A stretch of DNA of 64,000 nucleotides, taken from Paraspadella gotoi. Lineage: Eukaryota; Animalia; Chaetognatha. Where the stretch lies: the NCBI GenBank assembly GCA_051294375.1, contig CM119270.1, positions 4,472,152 to 4,536,151 on the forward strand, read 5' to 3'. A program made the translations under genes and the position numbers. A model generated the notes under the pieces. That model was not told the origin of the DNA and ran no database searches. It saw only the letters and a list, made by a program, of their open reading frames with translations. Positions 11,681-25,100 of this stretch are shown piece after piece. Position 1 is the stretch's first letter. The number at the start of each line of letters is the position of its first letter.

Positions 11681-11839
11681 NNNNNNNNNNNNNNNNNNNN
11701 NNNNNAAACAGAGTAGAGATTGTGGCCAAGGCGAGGGTAATTATTCTATCAATATATAATAGTTAACAATTATAGTTCTGGCGGCTGCTATATCTTTTGC
11801 GTCTTTGAACTTTTAATTTTACTTCTATATATAATTATA

Positions 11840-12607
11840 TGTGGTGGTATATTCAACCGCCTCAAGCGTCGTCATCCTTCAGCAAATCATTGGCTCAGAG
11901 GGGGAACACACCATCCGCAGTAAGCGTAGTGTTCCATCCACAGTCCCTAAACGACTTCCGCTTGGCGTTGGGCAAAGCGAGACCGTCTTCAGGGCACTCA
12001 CCGGCCCGTGACTGGAGGCGTCACTGAGGGTCAGGAAAGCCCCACAAGCCCAACAGTTGAGAATGCCCCCATCCCAATGGGCATCAAGGCAACCCGGCTT
12101 TGCCTGTAAGTGGTGAGCCTACTATCGAACACGCACCTTCTCGAGGTACGCTACGGACAAACGCCTATGCCCTGCGACTCGGGTACGGCTTACGACAAAC
12201 GCCTATGCCCCTGGGTTACGCTTACGACCTCAACGCCTATGGCCCCCACAACTTCTGCGCTTCATCTCTCTTCTCTCTCTCCCCTATGTAACAGTCTGTC
12301 AGACACCTCTCAGGGCTTGAGGAACGCTGCAGTGATGTCTGTGGCCCGGGGATCGGCTGTGTGTATATTCACACGGCCTCACGTCCATCATCCTCAGCAA
12401 ATCCATTGGCTCAGAGGGGGAACACCATCCGCAAGCGTGAGTGTTCCATCCACCTGCCTAACGACTTCCCTCTGCGTTGGCAAAGCGCAGACCGTCCTAG
12501 GGTAACCGCGCCAGTGACTGGAGGCGTCACTGAGGGTCGAAAGCCGCCCAAAGCCAACATGAGATGCCCCATCACCATGGGCATCAAGGCAACCGCGGCT
12601 GTTGCCA
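11840..12607. mobile_element. Non-coding ~770-bp insertion with ~250-bp terminal direct repeats in a (TA)-rich site
   Basis: Repeats at ~11840-12104 and ~12358-12607 (TG start, ...TTGCCA end). The middle holds three ~33-36 bp tandem units (12145-12247). GC-rich and absent from the adjacent empty-site copy. Confidence 0.7.
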
Positions 12608-13119
12608 TATATTATATTATATATATAATTCCAATCCGATTTATCCACTTCTCTTTTCTTCTATCTATCTCTTCTCAAAATAAAACAAAATCTTTTTCGG
12701 CTCAAAAAAATTCAAATCAATTTCCTTTTCTTTTTTTTCTCCTTCGTCTTATTTTTCTCATCGCTCGTCTCTCCTTGACGAAAATCGCGAGAGCCACCAT
12801 TATTTCTGGCTTCTCAATGCGCATACTGAGAGAGAGGAGAGAGAGACGCAGAGAGAGAGAGAGAGGAGAGTAGAGAGAGAGACGGACGGAGAGAGAAAAG
12901 AAATGGGGGGAGCTAAAAGAGAGAGGAGAAGAGAAAGCGGAAATCCCCGGGTAAAAGCAACGTAGTGTCTGGCGACAGCCGGCGGCGACAGCCGAACGGC
13001 GACAGCCGGGACACGCGCGGCGGCGAGGGGAATCAGACGCGGATCAACCCAACAGCCGGAATCAGCAGAAGCTCCTTGCAGGCGTCGCGGCGAACGGCCC
13101 TGCGGCCACGGCTGCGCTC

Positions 13120-13772
13120 CTTTTAGCGAAAAAAGCAATGGCACGGAAGGACGGCAACGCGCGAGATTGTAACACGTGGGCCACGATACGCAATGGCGCC
13201 CGTATGGCGCCTCGCTCTCTGGTCGCTCTCTCTTCTCTCTCTCTCTTCTTCGCTCTCTCGTCTCTCTCTCTCCTGTCTCTTCTGCGTCTACTCTCTCTCT
13301 CTGTCTCTCTCTCTCTCTTCCGGTTTCGCTAGGAAGCAGGTCATTTCATATAATTCGCATAAAAAACAGACAAGTTTAATTGACTCAGAACACAAATAAT
13401 TTTAGAAATAGTTTGAATAATGAAACGATATGCGTATATGCGTTTAGAAATTATTATCGCCATTGTTAATTTATAAGTATGTAGAGTTCGACTATTGTAT
13501 TAATCATCCAGGAAAATCAAAATGATCAACCATAGTAAATTTCTTTCGTATTTGCCTTAGTTACCAGTGATCAACAACACAAATATACAATTGTTTTTTT
13601 AATTTCCAAACAACAACAACCACAACAACAACCAAAACAACCACAACCACAACAACTACAACAACAACCACAACAACAACTCTCTCCCAGATGAAACTCG
13701 GGGGAAATCGAGGGCAGGGGTTTCGTGAACGCAGTTAAGGCACCGCGGCGAAAGGCCAGCACGACGACGATA

Positions 13773-13803
<31 letters not shown>

Positions 13804-14030
13804 AGATGATGACGACGACGACGACGATAAGGATGATGTCGAAGACCACGACCATAACGATTAAGATGAACATTAAAATATTGGCAAAGAAATAATTATA
13901 AATTACGCGTATACGATTAAGAATTTTATACAAGTTTTAATGACGATGCGATTTGTATTTATAAGTAGAATCCTACGCCCACGATGTGGAAAGGAATTAA
14001 TTGGAGAACTGGGACGAAATAGAGGCAGCA

Positions 14031-14071
<41 letters not shown>

Positions 14072-14427
14072 AACAAGTTAATGTATACAAGGTCGTCAAC
14101 ACCCGCGCGGATGATGACATTCGGGGCGACTTCCTTTACGACGATGCTGACGGAGACGTCGCTGCTTTTACTGTCGTCAACGGACTTTTGATTAAAACTG
14201 AAAAAAAAGTATTTTCTTTTGATCGCGCCCGTTGGGTTGTTGCATGGCCTCATTTCCGTGACCCAACGACGGAAGCCCAATCTTGGTTTAAGCCCAAACT
14301 TAGGCCCAAGTTACCTCGCGTCCTTGACATCCGGGGTCACAAGAAGTCGATAACCAGGCGCCGACGGCCGGCTCGCAAAAGTCCGTTTGAAAATCGAGAG
14401 ACCGAGAGAGAGAGAGAGAGAGAGAGA

Positions 14428-14472
<45 letters not shown>

Positions 14473-14594
14473 AGAGAGCAAGGAGTTGTAGTGGTAAGAA
14501 AGGGAGGCAATGGTTGGTTTGAGTACGCCGTCGCGATGCGACGCGGCGTGTTTGTGACGAAGGATTCGACGATTAATCTTTCGGCGGTTGTGTG

Positions 14595-14669
<75 letters not shown>

Positions 14670-16029
14670 AGGCATTGCAGCGGGCGAAACGGGGTAGTAT
14701 AAGTAAAAAATAGGGCTATTTTTGTCGAGAAACCTAATTTTAATGTCTGTCTATCAAGTCACATGCCAATGTTAAAAACGTACAAGTATTGTATTTGAAT
14801 TGTAGTGACAGTTCAAAAACCTTAGCAGGAGTCATTGACATGAATATATCAATTATTAATTCAAGTGTATCTCATTAAATACTCATTAATTACTCACTTA
14901 ATCAGCGCAAGTGAGCATTGACACCCTTTCACCAACTGCTACTTTGTTTCAATTTCGACCCCGCCGCATCCGCGCTCTCTTGGCAAAATATAGCGTAAGT
15001 GAAGATTCTCTAACGCCTAGTAACGATCGTAAACAAAATGACAATGTAGTGCCTGTCGTTGTCCGATCATGACGACGAGGTGGACGAATTGGTCGGCCAC
15101 TCCCCCAATTCCGGTTGGCCCCGAACCCCAGTATAAGTCCAGCTTTCCCCTCCGCATTCCTCATAGAGTGCCCGTGTGTTCGACGTTGCTGCTGCGGTCG
15201 GACAGCGTCGTTCGTTCTGCTGATGAACGTACGCCACGTGACGCTCCTCTCCTAGAAGTTCAAAATATTAATCTTTTCATTCTAGTCAAGCGCACTTAAA
15301 ACAGAAATAGTCGCTCAATACTATAAAAATAAGTATGAGCAAACAACAAATAAATTTAAGTAATCACTAATCTCGAATTTTGTTTTCATTTGATATAATT
15401 TTCTTCTCCAATATTTATAATTTATATTGGAAGAAAACTGAGATAAGGCGATTTTTTTGACGTAGTTTGTGTTTGGTCTTGACTCGATCTACTAGAATCT
15501 TAAGAAATTTAATGATAGAATCTAGAATCCTACACAACGAACAACGACAAACGACAAACCGAAATCGCTTATCTCATTTTCTTCCCCATTTTTTTTTCGT
15601 TTAACGCGGATGACTGAGATTTTCGAAACTCGTCTTGCATCGAGGTGCGACACGAGACCTTTCATTGTTGCCGCCATAATATGGACACATGTGAAAACGT
15701 CCGGTCAATCTTCGGGGGCCACAAACTCCTTTGTAAAATATGTGACTCTTGTTAAACATTTTTCGATTTAAAGTCTTTTTTAACTTCAGAGAATTTATAA
15801 TCGTTGCTCTCCTTAACATCAGGAAACGAATTCCTTTATCATTGATTCTTCATCATTATCATGAGAATTATCATCATATATTCATCATGCATTCATCTAT
15901 CATCATATCATTCATTTCATCATATCATATCATTCCGTATGCAACGTGGGCGAGGCTCTGACGGCTAAAAAGGACATTATAGGGATTTTAAGATTGACTC
16001 TCTCTCTGCTCTCTCTTTCTCCTCTCTCA

Positions 16030-16075
<46 letters not shown>

Positions 16076-16150
16076 CTCTCTCCTCCTTCTCTCTCTTCTC
16101 TCTCTCTCTCTCTCTCTCTCCTCTTCTCTCTCTCTCTCTTCCTTCTCATC
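13120..16150 (+). repeat. Copy 1 of a 3-4 kb unit
   Basis: Collinear with 16176-19979 (e.g. aagcaatggcac, gttacctcgcgtccttgacatccggggtcacaaga, aggctctgacggctaaaaagg). Copies differ mainly by small indels. Confidence 0.85.
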
Positions 16151-16329
16151 NNNNNNNNNNNNNNNNNNNNNNNNNCGGCCCCAGTGCGGCCCGCTGCTTC
16201 CTTTATGCGAAAAGAAAGCAATGGCACCGTAAGGAGCGCAAGCGCAGAGTGTCAACACGTGTCCACGGATCTGCAGCGCGCCGTGATGGCGCTCGCTCTC
16301 TGCGCCTCTCTCTTCTCTCTCGCTCTCTG

Positions 16330-16364
<35 letters not shown>

Positions 16365-17459
16365 TCTCTGGCTTCTCTCTCCTCTCATCTCTCTACTTCC
16401 GTTTCGAGCGTAGGAAGGCAGGTCATTTCATATAATTTCGCATAAAAAACAGGACTAAGTTTAATTGACTCAAACACAATATAATTTTAGAAATAGTTTA
16501 ATTCGAAATATGAATACGATATGCGTATAAAAGAACGTTTAATGAAATTTGACGGAATTTACGTGGTTTAATTATTAAATAAGTATGTTAGAGTTCGACA
16601 CTTGGTATTAATCATCCAGGGAAAAGTCAAAATGATCAACCATAAGGTAAATTTCTTTCGATATTTCGCCTAGTTACCAGTGATCAAACAACACAAGATA
16701 TACAATTTGTTTTAATGTTTCAAGCCAGAAACCACAACAACCACGAGACAAACAAAACAACCAGCGCAACCACAAACACCTTAGCAGACAACAAACTTCA
16801 AGCGAAAACAACAAGGCACGTCTGCTCCGCACAGCATAAACATCGGGGGAAATCGAGGGCGATGGGGTTCTTCCGTGAACTGGCTAGGTATAAGGGTGCA
16901 CAGCGGGCGCGAAATGGAGCCCAGCCCTAGAGGGTATGGGAGCGACAGGTGAACGACCCGACGACAGCGCAACGCTGACGGGAGGCGGGACGATCGAAAG
17001 AGTGGATGTGAGCACGACTGGACGAACCGACGATTAGAGGGGATGATGGGTTCGAAGGAACCAACCGATCCGATGAGACGGTAAGAGGTCGAATAATAGA
17101 TATCGGCGCAAAGAGTAAAGTAAATTAAGAAGTTACGGCGTCAGTACATTAAAAAGAATTTATAACATGGTTTGGTAAGACGATTGCGATTGCTGGTAAT
17201 TTATGAGTAAGAGAGGGTATAGATCGAACTACGCCCACGATTGGGAATAGACGGGAATTAATTGAGGAGAGAACTGAGCGGTCAATCGCGAACTAATAGG
17301 AGGAAGGCCCGAGCAGACGGCACGAATCCGAATGTCCGAAGCGCTGTGACGAAAGATCGAACGACCGACGACTGGGACGACGATGACGTGCAGCGACGAC
17401 GACGACTGAAACGCGACGACAGACGATCGGTAAATGACAGTTTAATTGTAAGGTGAACA

Positions 17460-17824
17460 AAGGTCGTCACACACCGCGCGGATTGGACACTTGCGGGCAG
17501 TAGATTCCATTTAAGCGCACGATTGCTGACGGAGACGGTCGCTTGCCTTTTACTGTCGTACAAGCGACTTTTGATAAAACTGAAAAAAAAAGTATTCTTC
17601 TTTTGATCGCGCCACGTGGGGGTTGTTGCATGGCCTCATTTCCCGTGACCGACAACGACGGAAGGCCCAATCCTTGGTTTAAGCCCACAACTTAGGCCAA
17701 GTTACCTCGCGTCCTTGACATCCGGGGTCACAAGAGTCGATAACAGCTGGCCGAGCGCCGGTCCAAAAGTCGTGGAGAGAGTAGGAGAGAGAGAGAGAGA
17801 GCGAGAGAGAAGAGAGAAGAGAGA

Positions 17825-17856
<32 letters not shown>

Positions 17857-18004
17857 AGCAGGAGAGAGAGAAAGGAGTTGTAGTGGTAAGAAAGCGGAGG
17901 CATGGTTGGTTTGAGTACGCGTCGCGATGCGACGCGGCGGTGTTGTGACGAAGAATTCGACGATTAATCTTTCGGCGGTTGTGGGGCAGGAGAGGACGAG
18001 AGAG

Positions 18005-18066
<62 letters not shown>

Positions 18067-19310
18067 CAGGCCATTGCACGGGCGAAACGGGGAGTATAAG
18101 TAAAAAATAGGGCTATTTTTTCGAGAAACCTAATTTTAATGTCTGTCTATCAAGATCACAATTGCCAATGTTAAAACGTACAAGTATTGTATTTGATTGT
18201 AGTGACAGTTCAAAAACTTAGCAGAGGTCATTGACATGAATATATCAATTATTAATTCAAGTGTATCTCATTAAATACTCAATTAATTACTCCACTAATC
18301 AGGCAAGTGAGCATTGACACCCTTTACAAACTCTACTTTTGTTTCAATTTCACCCGGCCGCATCCGCGCTCTCTCATGGCAAAATATATAGCGTAATGAA
18401 GATTCTCAACGCCTAGTAACGGATCGTAAACAAAATGACAATGTAGTGCCGTGTCGTTGTCCGATCATGACGACGAGGTGGACGAATTCGTCGGCCCACT
18501 CCCCCAATTTCGCGTTGGCCCCCGAACCCCAGTATAAGTCCAGCTTCCCCTCCGCATCTCCTCATGAAGTGCCCGTTATTCCGACGTCTGCTGCGTCGGA
18601 CAGCGTCGTCTCGTTCTGCTGATGAACATACCGCCACGTGCGCTCCTCCCTAGATATTCAAAAATATTATCTTTTCATCTAGTAAGCGCACCGAGCTTAA
18701 AACAGAAATAAGCTCGTTCAATACTATTAAAATAAGTATGAGCAAACAATACAAATAATGTTAAGTATAAGTAATCACTAATCTCGAATTTTGTTTTCAT
18801 TTGATATAATTTTCTCCCAATATTTATAATTTATATTGGAAGAAACTGAGATAAGCGATTTTTTTTACGTAGTTTGTGTTGTCGACGATTCTAAATTTAG
18901 ATCTAAATCTAGAATCTACACAACGACAACGACGACGATTCTAAATTCAGATCTAAATCTAGAATCGTCGACAATGACTACGACGACGATTCTAGATTTA
19001 GATCTAAATCTAGAATCTACACAATGACAACGACGACGATTCTAGATTTAGATCTAAATCTAGAATCTACACAATGACAACGACGACGATTCTAAATTTT
19101 GATCTAAATCTAGAATCTACACAACGACAACGACAACGACAACGAAATCGCTTATCTCATTTTCTCCCACTTTTTTTTTTCGTTTTAACGCGGACGACTG
19201 AGATTTTCGAAACTCGTCTTAGCATCGAGGTGCGACGCGAGACCTTTCATTGTTGCGCCATAATATGGACCATGTGAAAACGTCGGTCAATTCGGGGGCC
19301 AAACTCCTTT
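17460..19310 (-). CDS. Candidate exons of an unidentified multi-exon gene inside the repeated unit (indel-damaged)
   Basis: Minus-strand blocks translate as EFGPELTDVFTWSILWRNNERSR, KLDLYWGSGANAKLGEWADEFVHLVVM, DTALHCHFVYDPLLGVENLHYAIYFAMRERGCG and TFGPALGQLLSTLVTPDVKDA. The GTAACT donor after the last is phase 2 and matches a tttttttcag acceptor giving FNQKSVDDSKSSDVSVSIVVKEVAPNVIIRAG (cleanest in copy 1). Confidence 0.4.
18887..19117. repeat. 50-bp minisatellite whose unit contains a 30-bp palindrome
   Basis: gattctagatttagatctaaatctagaatc (self-complementary) or near-variants start at 18887, 18937, 18988, 19038 and 19088, separated by similar ~20-bp linkers. Confidence 0.9.
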
Positions 19311-19664
19311 GTAAAATATGTGACTCTTGGTTAAACATTTTTCGTTTAAAGTCTTTTTTTAACTTCGAGAATTTATAATCGTTGCTCTCCTTAACATCAG
19401 GAAACGATCATCATCATTATCATTGATTCATTATCATCTTCATTATCATGATGATTATCATCATCATAATTCTCATCATAATTATCATCATCATCGTCAT
19501 CATCATCATTATCGTCATCATTATCATTAACATTATCATCAGCATCACCATCATCATTCGTATGCAAACGTGGGCGAGGCTCTGACGGCTTAAAAAGGAC
19601 ATTATAGGGATTTAAGATTGACTCTCTCTCTCTCTCTCTCTCGCTCTCTCCTCTCTCTCTCTCC

Positions 19665-19705
<41 letters not shown>

Positions 19706-21689
19706 AATCTCTCTCTCTTCGTCTCTCGTCCTCTCTCCTCCTCCTCCCCTCTCTCTTCTTCTCTCTCTCTCTCTCTCTTTATCATCCTCTCTCCTCTCTC
19801 TCCTCTCCTCCTCCCTCTTTCACATATTCTAAAAAGCGGTTCGTGTCGGATTAATTTTATGCGTTCGAGGTTACGTCGTTAAACGGAACTTACTCGTTAA
19901 TTAATTATTAAAAAAAGTAGGTATAATCAAAAGTTCGATTTTGATTAATATACAAATCGGAGAGAAGTAAAAGGAGAGGNNNNNNNNNNNNNNNNNNNNN
20001 NNNNNNNNNNNNNNNNNNNNNNNNNNNNNNNNNNNNNNNNNNNNNNNNNNNNNNNNNNNNNNNNNNNNNNNNNNNNNNNNNNNNNNNNNNNNNNNNNNNN
20101 NNNNNNNNNNNNNNNNNNNNNNNNNNNNNNNNNNNNNNNNNNNNNNNNNNNNNNNNNNNNNNNNNNNNNNNNNNNNNNNNNNNNNNNNNNNNNNNNNNNN
20201 NNNNNNNNNNNNNNNNNNNNNNNNNNNNNNNNNNNNNNNNNNNNNNNNNNNNNNNNNNNNNNNNNNNNNNNNNNNNNNNNNNNNNNNNNNNNNNNNNNNN
20301 NNNNNNNNNNNNNNNNNNNNNNNNNNNNNNNNNNNNNNNNNNNNNNNNNNNNNNNNNNNNNNNNNNNNNNNNNNNNNNNNNNNNNNNNNNNNNNNNNNNN
20401 NNNNNNNNNNNNNNNNNNNNNNNNNNNNNNNNNNNNNNNNNNNNNNNNNNNNNNNNNNNNNNNNNNNNNNNNNNNNNNNNNNNNNNNNNNNNNNNNNNNN
20501 NNNNNNNNNNNNNNNNNNNNNNNNNNNNNNNNNNNNNNNNNNNNNNNNNNNNNNNNNNNNNNNNNNNNNNNNNNNNNNNNNNNNNNNNNNNNNNNNNNNN
20601 NNNNNNNNNNNNNNNNNNNNNNNNNNNNNNNNNNNNNNNNNNNNNNNNNNNNNNNNNNNNNNNNNNNNNNNNNNNNNNNNNNNNNNNNNNNNNNNNNNNN
20701 NNNNNNNNNNNNNNNNNNNNNNNNNNNNNNNNNNNNNNNNNNNNNNNNNNNNNNNNNNNNNNNNNNNNNNNNNNNNNNNNNNNNNNNNNNNNNNNNATCT
20801 CGGAAATAAGGGCCAAGGTTATTAATGAACGTCCTATTTGGGAAATATTTTTTCTTTCTCTCTCTTTCTCTTTCGGCTATCCTTTTTCTTTCTCTCTCTC
20901 GATTTTTCTTTTGGATCTTCTCTTTCTCTCTCTCACTCTCTCTCACATCGTTCTCTCTCTCCTCTCGTCTCAATCGCTCTTCTACTACCTCTCTCTCTCT
21001 TCTCTCTGCTCTTCTGCTTTCTCTCATTAAAACAAGGTATAATTATGTAATATAGGGTGATTATTATATATATATATATATGTCTATACATTGGTTTTCG
21101 CTTGATTTCGCCTGGAGATTGTTTTATTTCGCTTTTCCCTTTGTTTTTCTTTTCCTTTTTTCATGGAGTCCCTGCTTTTGTTTCTTTCTCCTTTCCCTTG
21201 TTCTACCTTTCTCTTCTCTGCCCCTCAAACTCTCTTTTATTTCCTTCGATTTACTCCTTTCCCTACTTTTCCTCCCAATGTTTTTCAATTTCCCTACTTA
21301 TTTATCCTATTTTCTTTAATTTTTTTCTTTCTTTTCTCTATTTCATCCAATTCGCTTCGGTTTTCTTTTCCTTTCCTTTCTTCCTCTTTTTTCCTTTTTT
21401 CCCTCTACTTTTCTATTAATTTCTGTAATCGAGCTGCTTTCTTTTCCTTTCTTTCCCTCCCTTTTTTTTTTTTCTTCCTCTACTTACCTATTTGACTTTC
21501 TGTAATCGACTGCTTTTCATTATTCCTTTCTTCCACCGCTCTCGTAACTTCGTAACATAGAGTTTCCTAGGATAGAGAGCTTACCCTCTATTCCACCTGC
21601 CAGAACCTTTCTCTTTCTTCCGGTCTCTCTTCCCCATCTCAAACGCCTCACTCCCTCCTCCCTCCTCCATGCCACAACCACTACACCAA

Positions 21690-22028
21690 CAACAACAACA
21701 ACAATAACAAAAACAACAACATGAGAGCTACAAAAAAGTTTTCATCTTTTTTTTTCTTTCTCGAAATTCAATTCGCCAATAATTAAAATTATCGGGTTTC
21801 GGAAAATCGACTTATTTTCGGTCTACACGACGGAGACGATGACGACGACGACGGCGATGACGACGACGATGACAGCGACGACGACGTCAGCGGCGATGTC
21901 CACGACTAAGACAGAGACGCTGACGACGACGAAGACAGAGACGATGACGATGACGACGACGACTACGACGACGGCGAATTACGTGGAGATACGAAAGAGA
22001 GTGAAGATCCCTTGTGGAATATCGCACA

Positions 22029-22062
<34 letters not shown>

Positions 22063-22146
22063 TTCTGTCTGTCCGTCTGTCGATAAACATCACGTTAAAT
22101 GAAGTTTAGGCAGACAGACTGGACCGCTTCGCTCTCCAATCGCGCG
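21690..22146. repeat. Segment present in inverted orientation at 30106-30590
   Basis: cagactggaccgcttcgctctccaatcgcgcg versus cgcgcgattggagagcgaagcgtccagtctg. The (GTCT)n and (GAC)n tracts are shared. Confidence 0.8.
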
Positions 22147-22156
22147 NNNNNNNNNN

Positions 22157-25100
22157 GGAGGAGGCGTTGAGATGGGGAAGAGAAGAACCGGAAGAGAGAA
22201 AGGTTCTGGCGGGAGGGTAAGCCTCTATCCAGGAAACAGTACGAAGTTACAGAGGGGAAGAAAGGAAATGAAAGCAGTCGATTACAGAAAGTAAATAGTA
22301 AGTAGAGGAAGAAAGAAAAAAAAAGAGGAGGAAGAAAGGAAAAGAAAGCAGTCGATTACAGAAATTAAATAGAAAGTAGAGGAAAAAGGAAAAGAAAAGA
22401 AGAGAAGGAAAGGAAAAGAAAACCGAAGGAAATTGGAGGAAAGAAAAGAAGAAAAATTAAAGAAAAGAGGATAAAAAGAGGAAATAAAACAGGGAGGAAA
22501 GTAGGGAAAGGAGAAATGCGAAGGAAAAAAAGAAGTAATAGAGGGGGAGAAGAGAAAGGGAAAAAGGGAAAGAAAGAAAACAAAAGCAGGGACTCCATGA
22601 AAAAAGGAAAAGAAAACAAAGGGAAAAGGAAATAAAACAATAGCGAAATCAAAGGAAAATAATGTATACATGAGGAAATACATGGTATAGCATATAGTAT
22701 ATATATAATACGTACATTATACATATATACGCTTGTTTCTAAGAGAGAAGAGAGATGAGAGTAGGTCGGTAGAGAGAGGAGAGAGAGAGAGGAAGACTGA
22801 GCAGAAGACGAGAGAGCAGAAGCAGATGAGAGAGAGAGAGAGAGAGTCGAGAGAGGAGAAGACAAGTAGGAAGAGAAGATAGATAAAACGACGAAAGAGA
22901 CAATAGAAAGAGATAGGAGGAGCGAAATGTACAAAGAAAGTATTGAATCCAAAATGCAGGGACGTCCATAATAACCTTGGCATCCTGTATTGTGCCCGCG
23001 AGATGGCAAAAGAATCATTTATTAAGTCTCGTGTTAGCCCTTTATTTTTTCCTTTTGGTGGAGTGGTTTAGGGTTGTCTGTGTTGATAAAGCTCGATGTA
23101 GGAGTGTGAGACCATCTATTTCTGCGCTGCTTCGTGGCTTCGGCCTAATTTTCGGTCGTGTTCGCGCTCGTGATACCATACTCCGATCTCTCCTCCTCTC
23201 TCTATCTCTGTCTCTGGTCGACGTTCTGGCTTCTCGTCTTCCTTCGGGGTCTCTCTCTCTCTCTCTCCTCTCTGCTTCTCTCGTTGTCTCCTCTCATCTC
23301 TCTCTCTTTCTCTCTCTTTCTCGTCTCGTGGCCCCGCTCTCCTTCTCTCCTCTCTCGTCTCTCTCCGCTCTCGTTCGCTTTCCGATTTTTCCTGACCCTC
23401 AATGCGCTCCAATGAAAGGTATAAGATGCGCAAGGAAAGTTGATCTCCTCGTGTCGACCCTTGAACACACGCAGCGCACAGCTACCACAAACGACTACAC
23501 ATACGACTCACAGACACAATCCTCCTCATACAACTACTCCAACTGTTTAGGACTTTTTTCTGCTGTTTGTTTACATTGGCTTCGTGAAGGTTTAACTTTG
23601 CGGATTCAAGTTTAACATTCTGTTTTTTAAAGGTAAACAAACTTTAGTCGACAATAGTCTGCGCGTCAGTCGTAAGATGGCAGACAAAAAAAAGTTGTCG
23701 GAGAGATAATTGTGTATAGCAGTAGTCGACATTCGCTAGGACTCGATTTTCTTTCCAATTCATTCCGTTCTTCTTTCCTTTGCGGCGAAAAAGATCTGTC
23801 GCCGTCAGTCTGTCCAACCGCATGCCCNNNNNNNNNNNNNNNNNNNNNNNNNAAAAAATATCCCAAATCAGACGTCATTAATAACCTTGGCCCTTATTTC
23901 CCCGAATGAAAAAAGTCATTATTAATCTTGTTCCCTTTTTTCCTTTTTTTCTGTCCTTGANNNNNNNNNNNNNNNNNNNNNNNNNCGCATTGAGGGTCAG
24001 GAAAAATCGGAAAGCGAACGAGAGCGGAGAGAGACGAGAGAGGAGAGAAGGAGAGCGGGGCCACGAGACGAGAAAGAGAGAGAAAGAGAGAGAGATGAGA
24101 GGAGACAACGAGAGAAGCAGAGAGGAGAGAGAGAGAGAGAGACCCCGAAGGAAGACGAGAAGCCAGAACGTCGACCAGAGACAGAGATAGAGAGAGGAGG
24201 AGAGATCGGAGTATGGTATCACGAGCGCGAACACGACCGAAAATTAGGCCGAAGCCACGAAGCAGCGCAGAAATAGATGGTCTCACACTCCTACATCGAG
24301 CTTTATCAACACAGACAACCCTAAACCACTCCACCAAAAGGAAAAAATAAAGGGCTAACACGAGACTTAATAAATGATTCTTTTGCCATCTCGCGGGCAC
24401 AATACAGGATGCCAAGGTTATTATGGACGTCCCTGCATTTTGGATTCAATACTTTCTTTGTACATTTCGCTCCTCCTATCTCTTTCTATTGTCTCTTTCG
24501 TCGTTTTATCTATCTTCTCTTCCTACTTGTCTTCTCCTCTCTCGACTCTCTCTCTCTCTCTCTCATCTGCTTCTGCTCTCTCGTCTTCTGCTCAGTCTTC
24601 CTCTCTCTCTCTCCTCTCTCTACCGACCTACTCTCATCTCTCTTCTCTCTTAGAAACAAGCGTATATATGTATAATGTACGTATTATATATATACTATAT
24701 GCTATACCATGTATTTCCTCTTGATTTGCTATTGTTTATATTTTCCTTTTCCTTTCTTCTTTCCTTTCTTCAGGCAGTCGCCTGGAGCTTTTGTTTTCCC
24801 TTCTTTCCGCTTTTCCCCTTTCTCTTCTCCCCTCTATTACTGCTTTCTTCCTTCGAATCTTCTCCTTTTCCCACGTTTCCTCCCTGTTTTGTTCCTCTTT
24901 CTATCCTCTTTTCTTTAATTCTTTCTTCTTTCTTTCCTCACAGATTTCCCTTCGGTTTTCGTTTTCCTCTTCTCCTCTCTTCTTTTCCTTTTCCTCTAAG
25001 CTTTACTATTTACAATTTCCTGTAATCGAAGCCTGCTTTTCTTTTCCTTTCTTCTCTCCTCTTCTTTTTTCTTTCCTTCCCTACCTCTTACTATTTGACT

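Larger units (their letters stand above)
16176..19979 (+). repeat. Copy 2 of the unit, in tandem and bounded by gaps
   Basis: Starts right after a 25-N gap and has the same landmarks in the same order as copy 1. Confidence 0.85.

Noticed and set aside
18887-19117. CRISPR-like array
   Set aside because: Spacers are near-identical simple repeats, the context is eukaryotic and there are no cas genes.
19908-21027. 302-aa and 360-aa ORFs
   Set aside because: They run through the 817-N gap.
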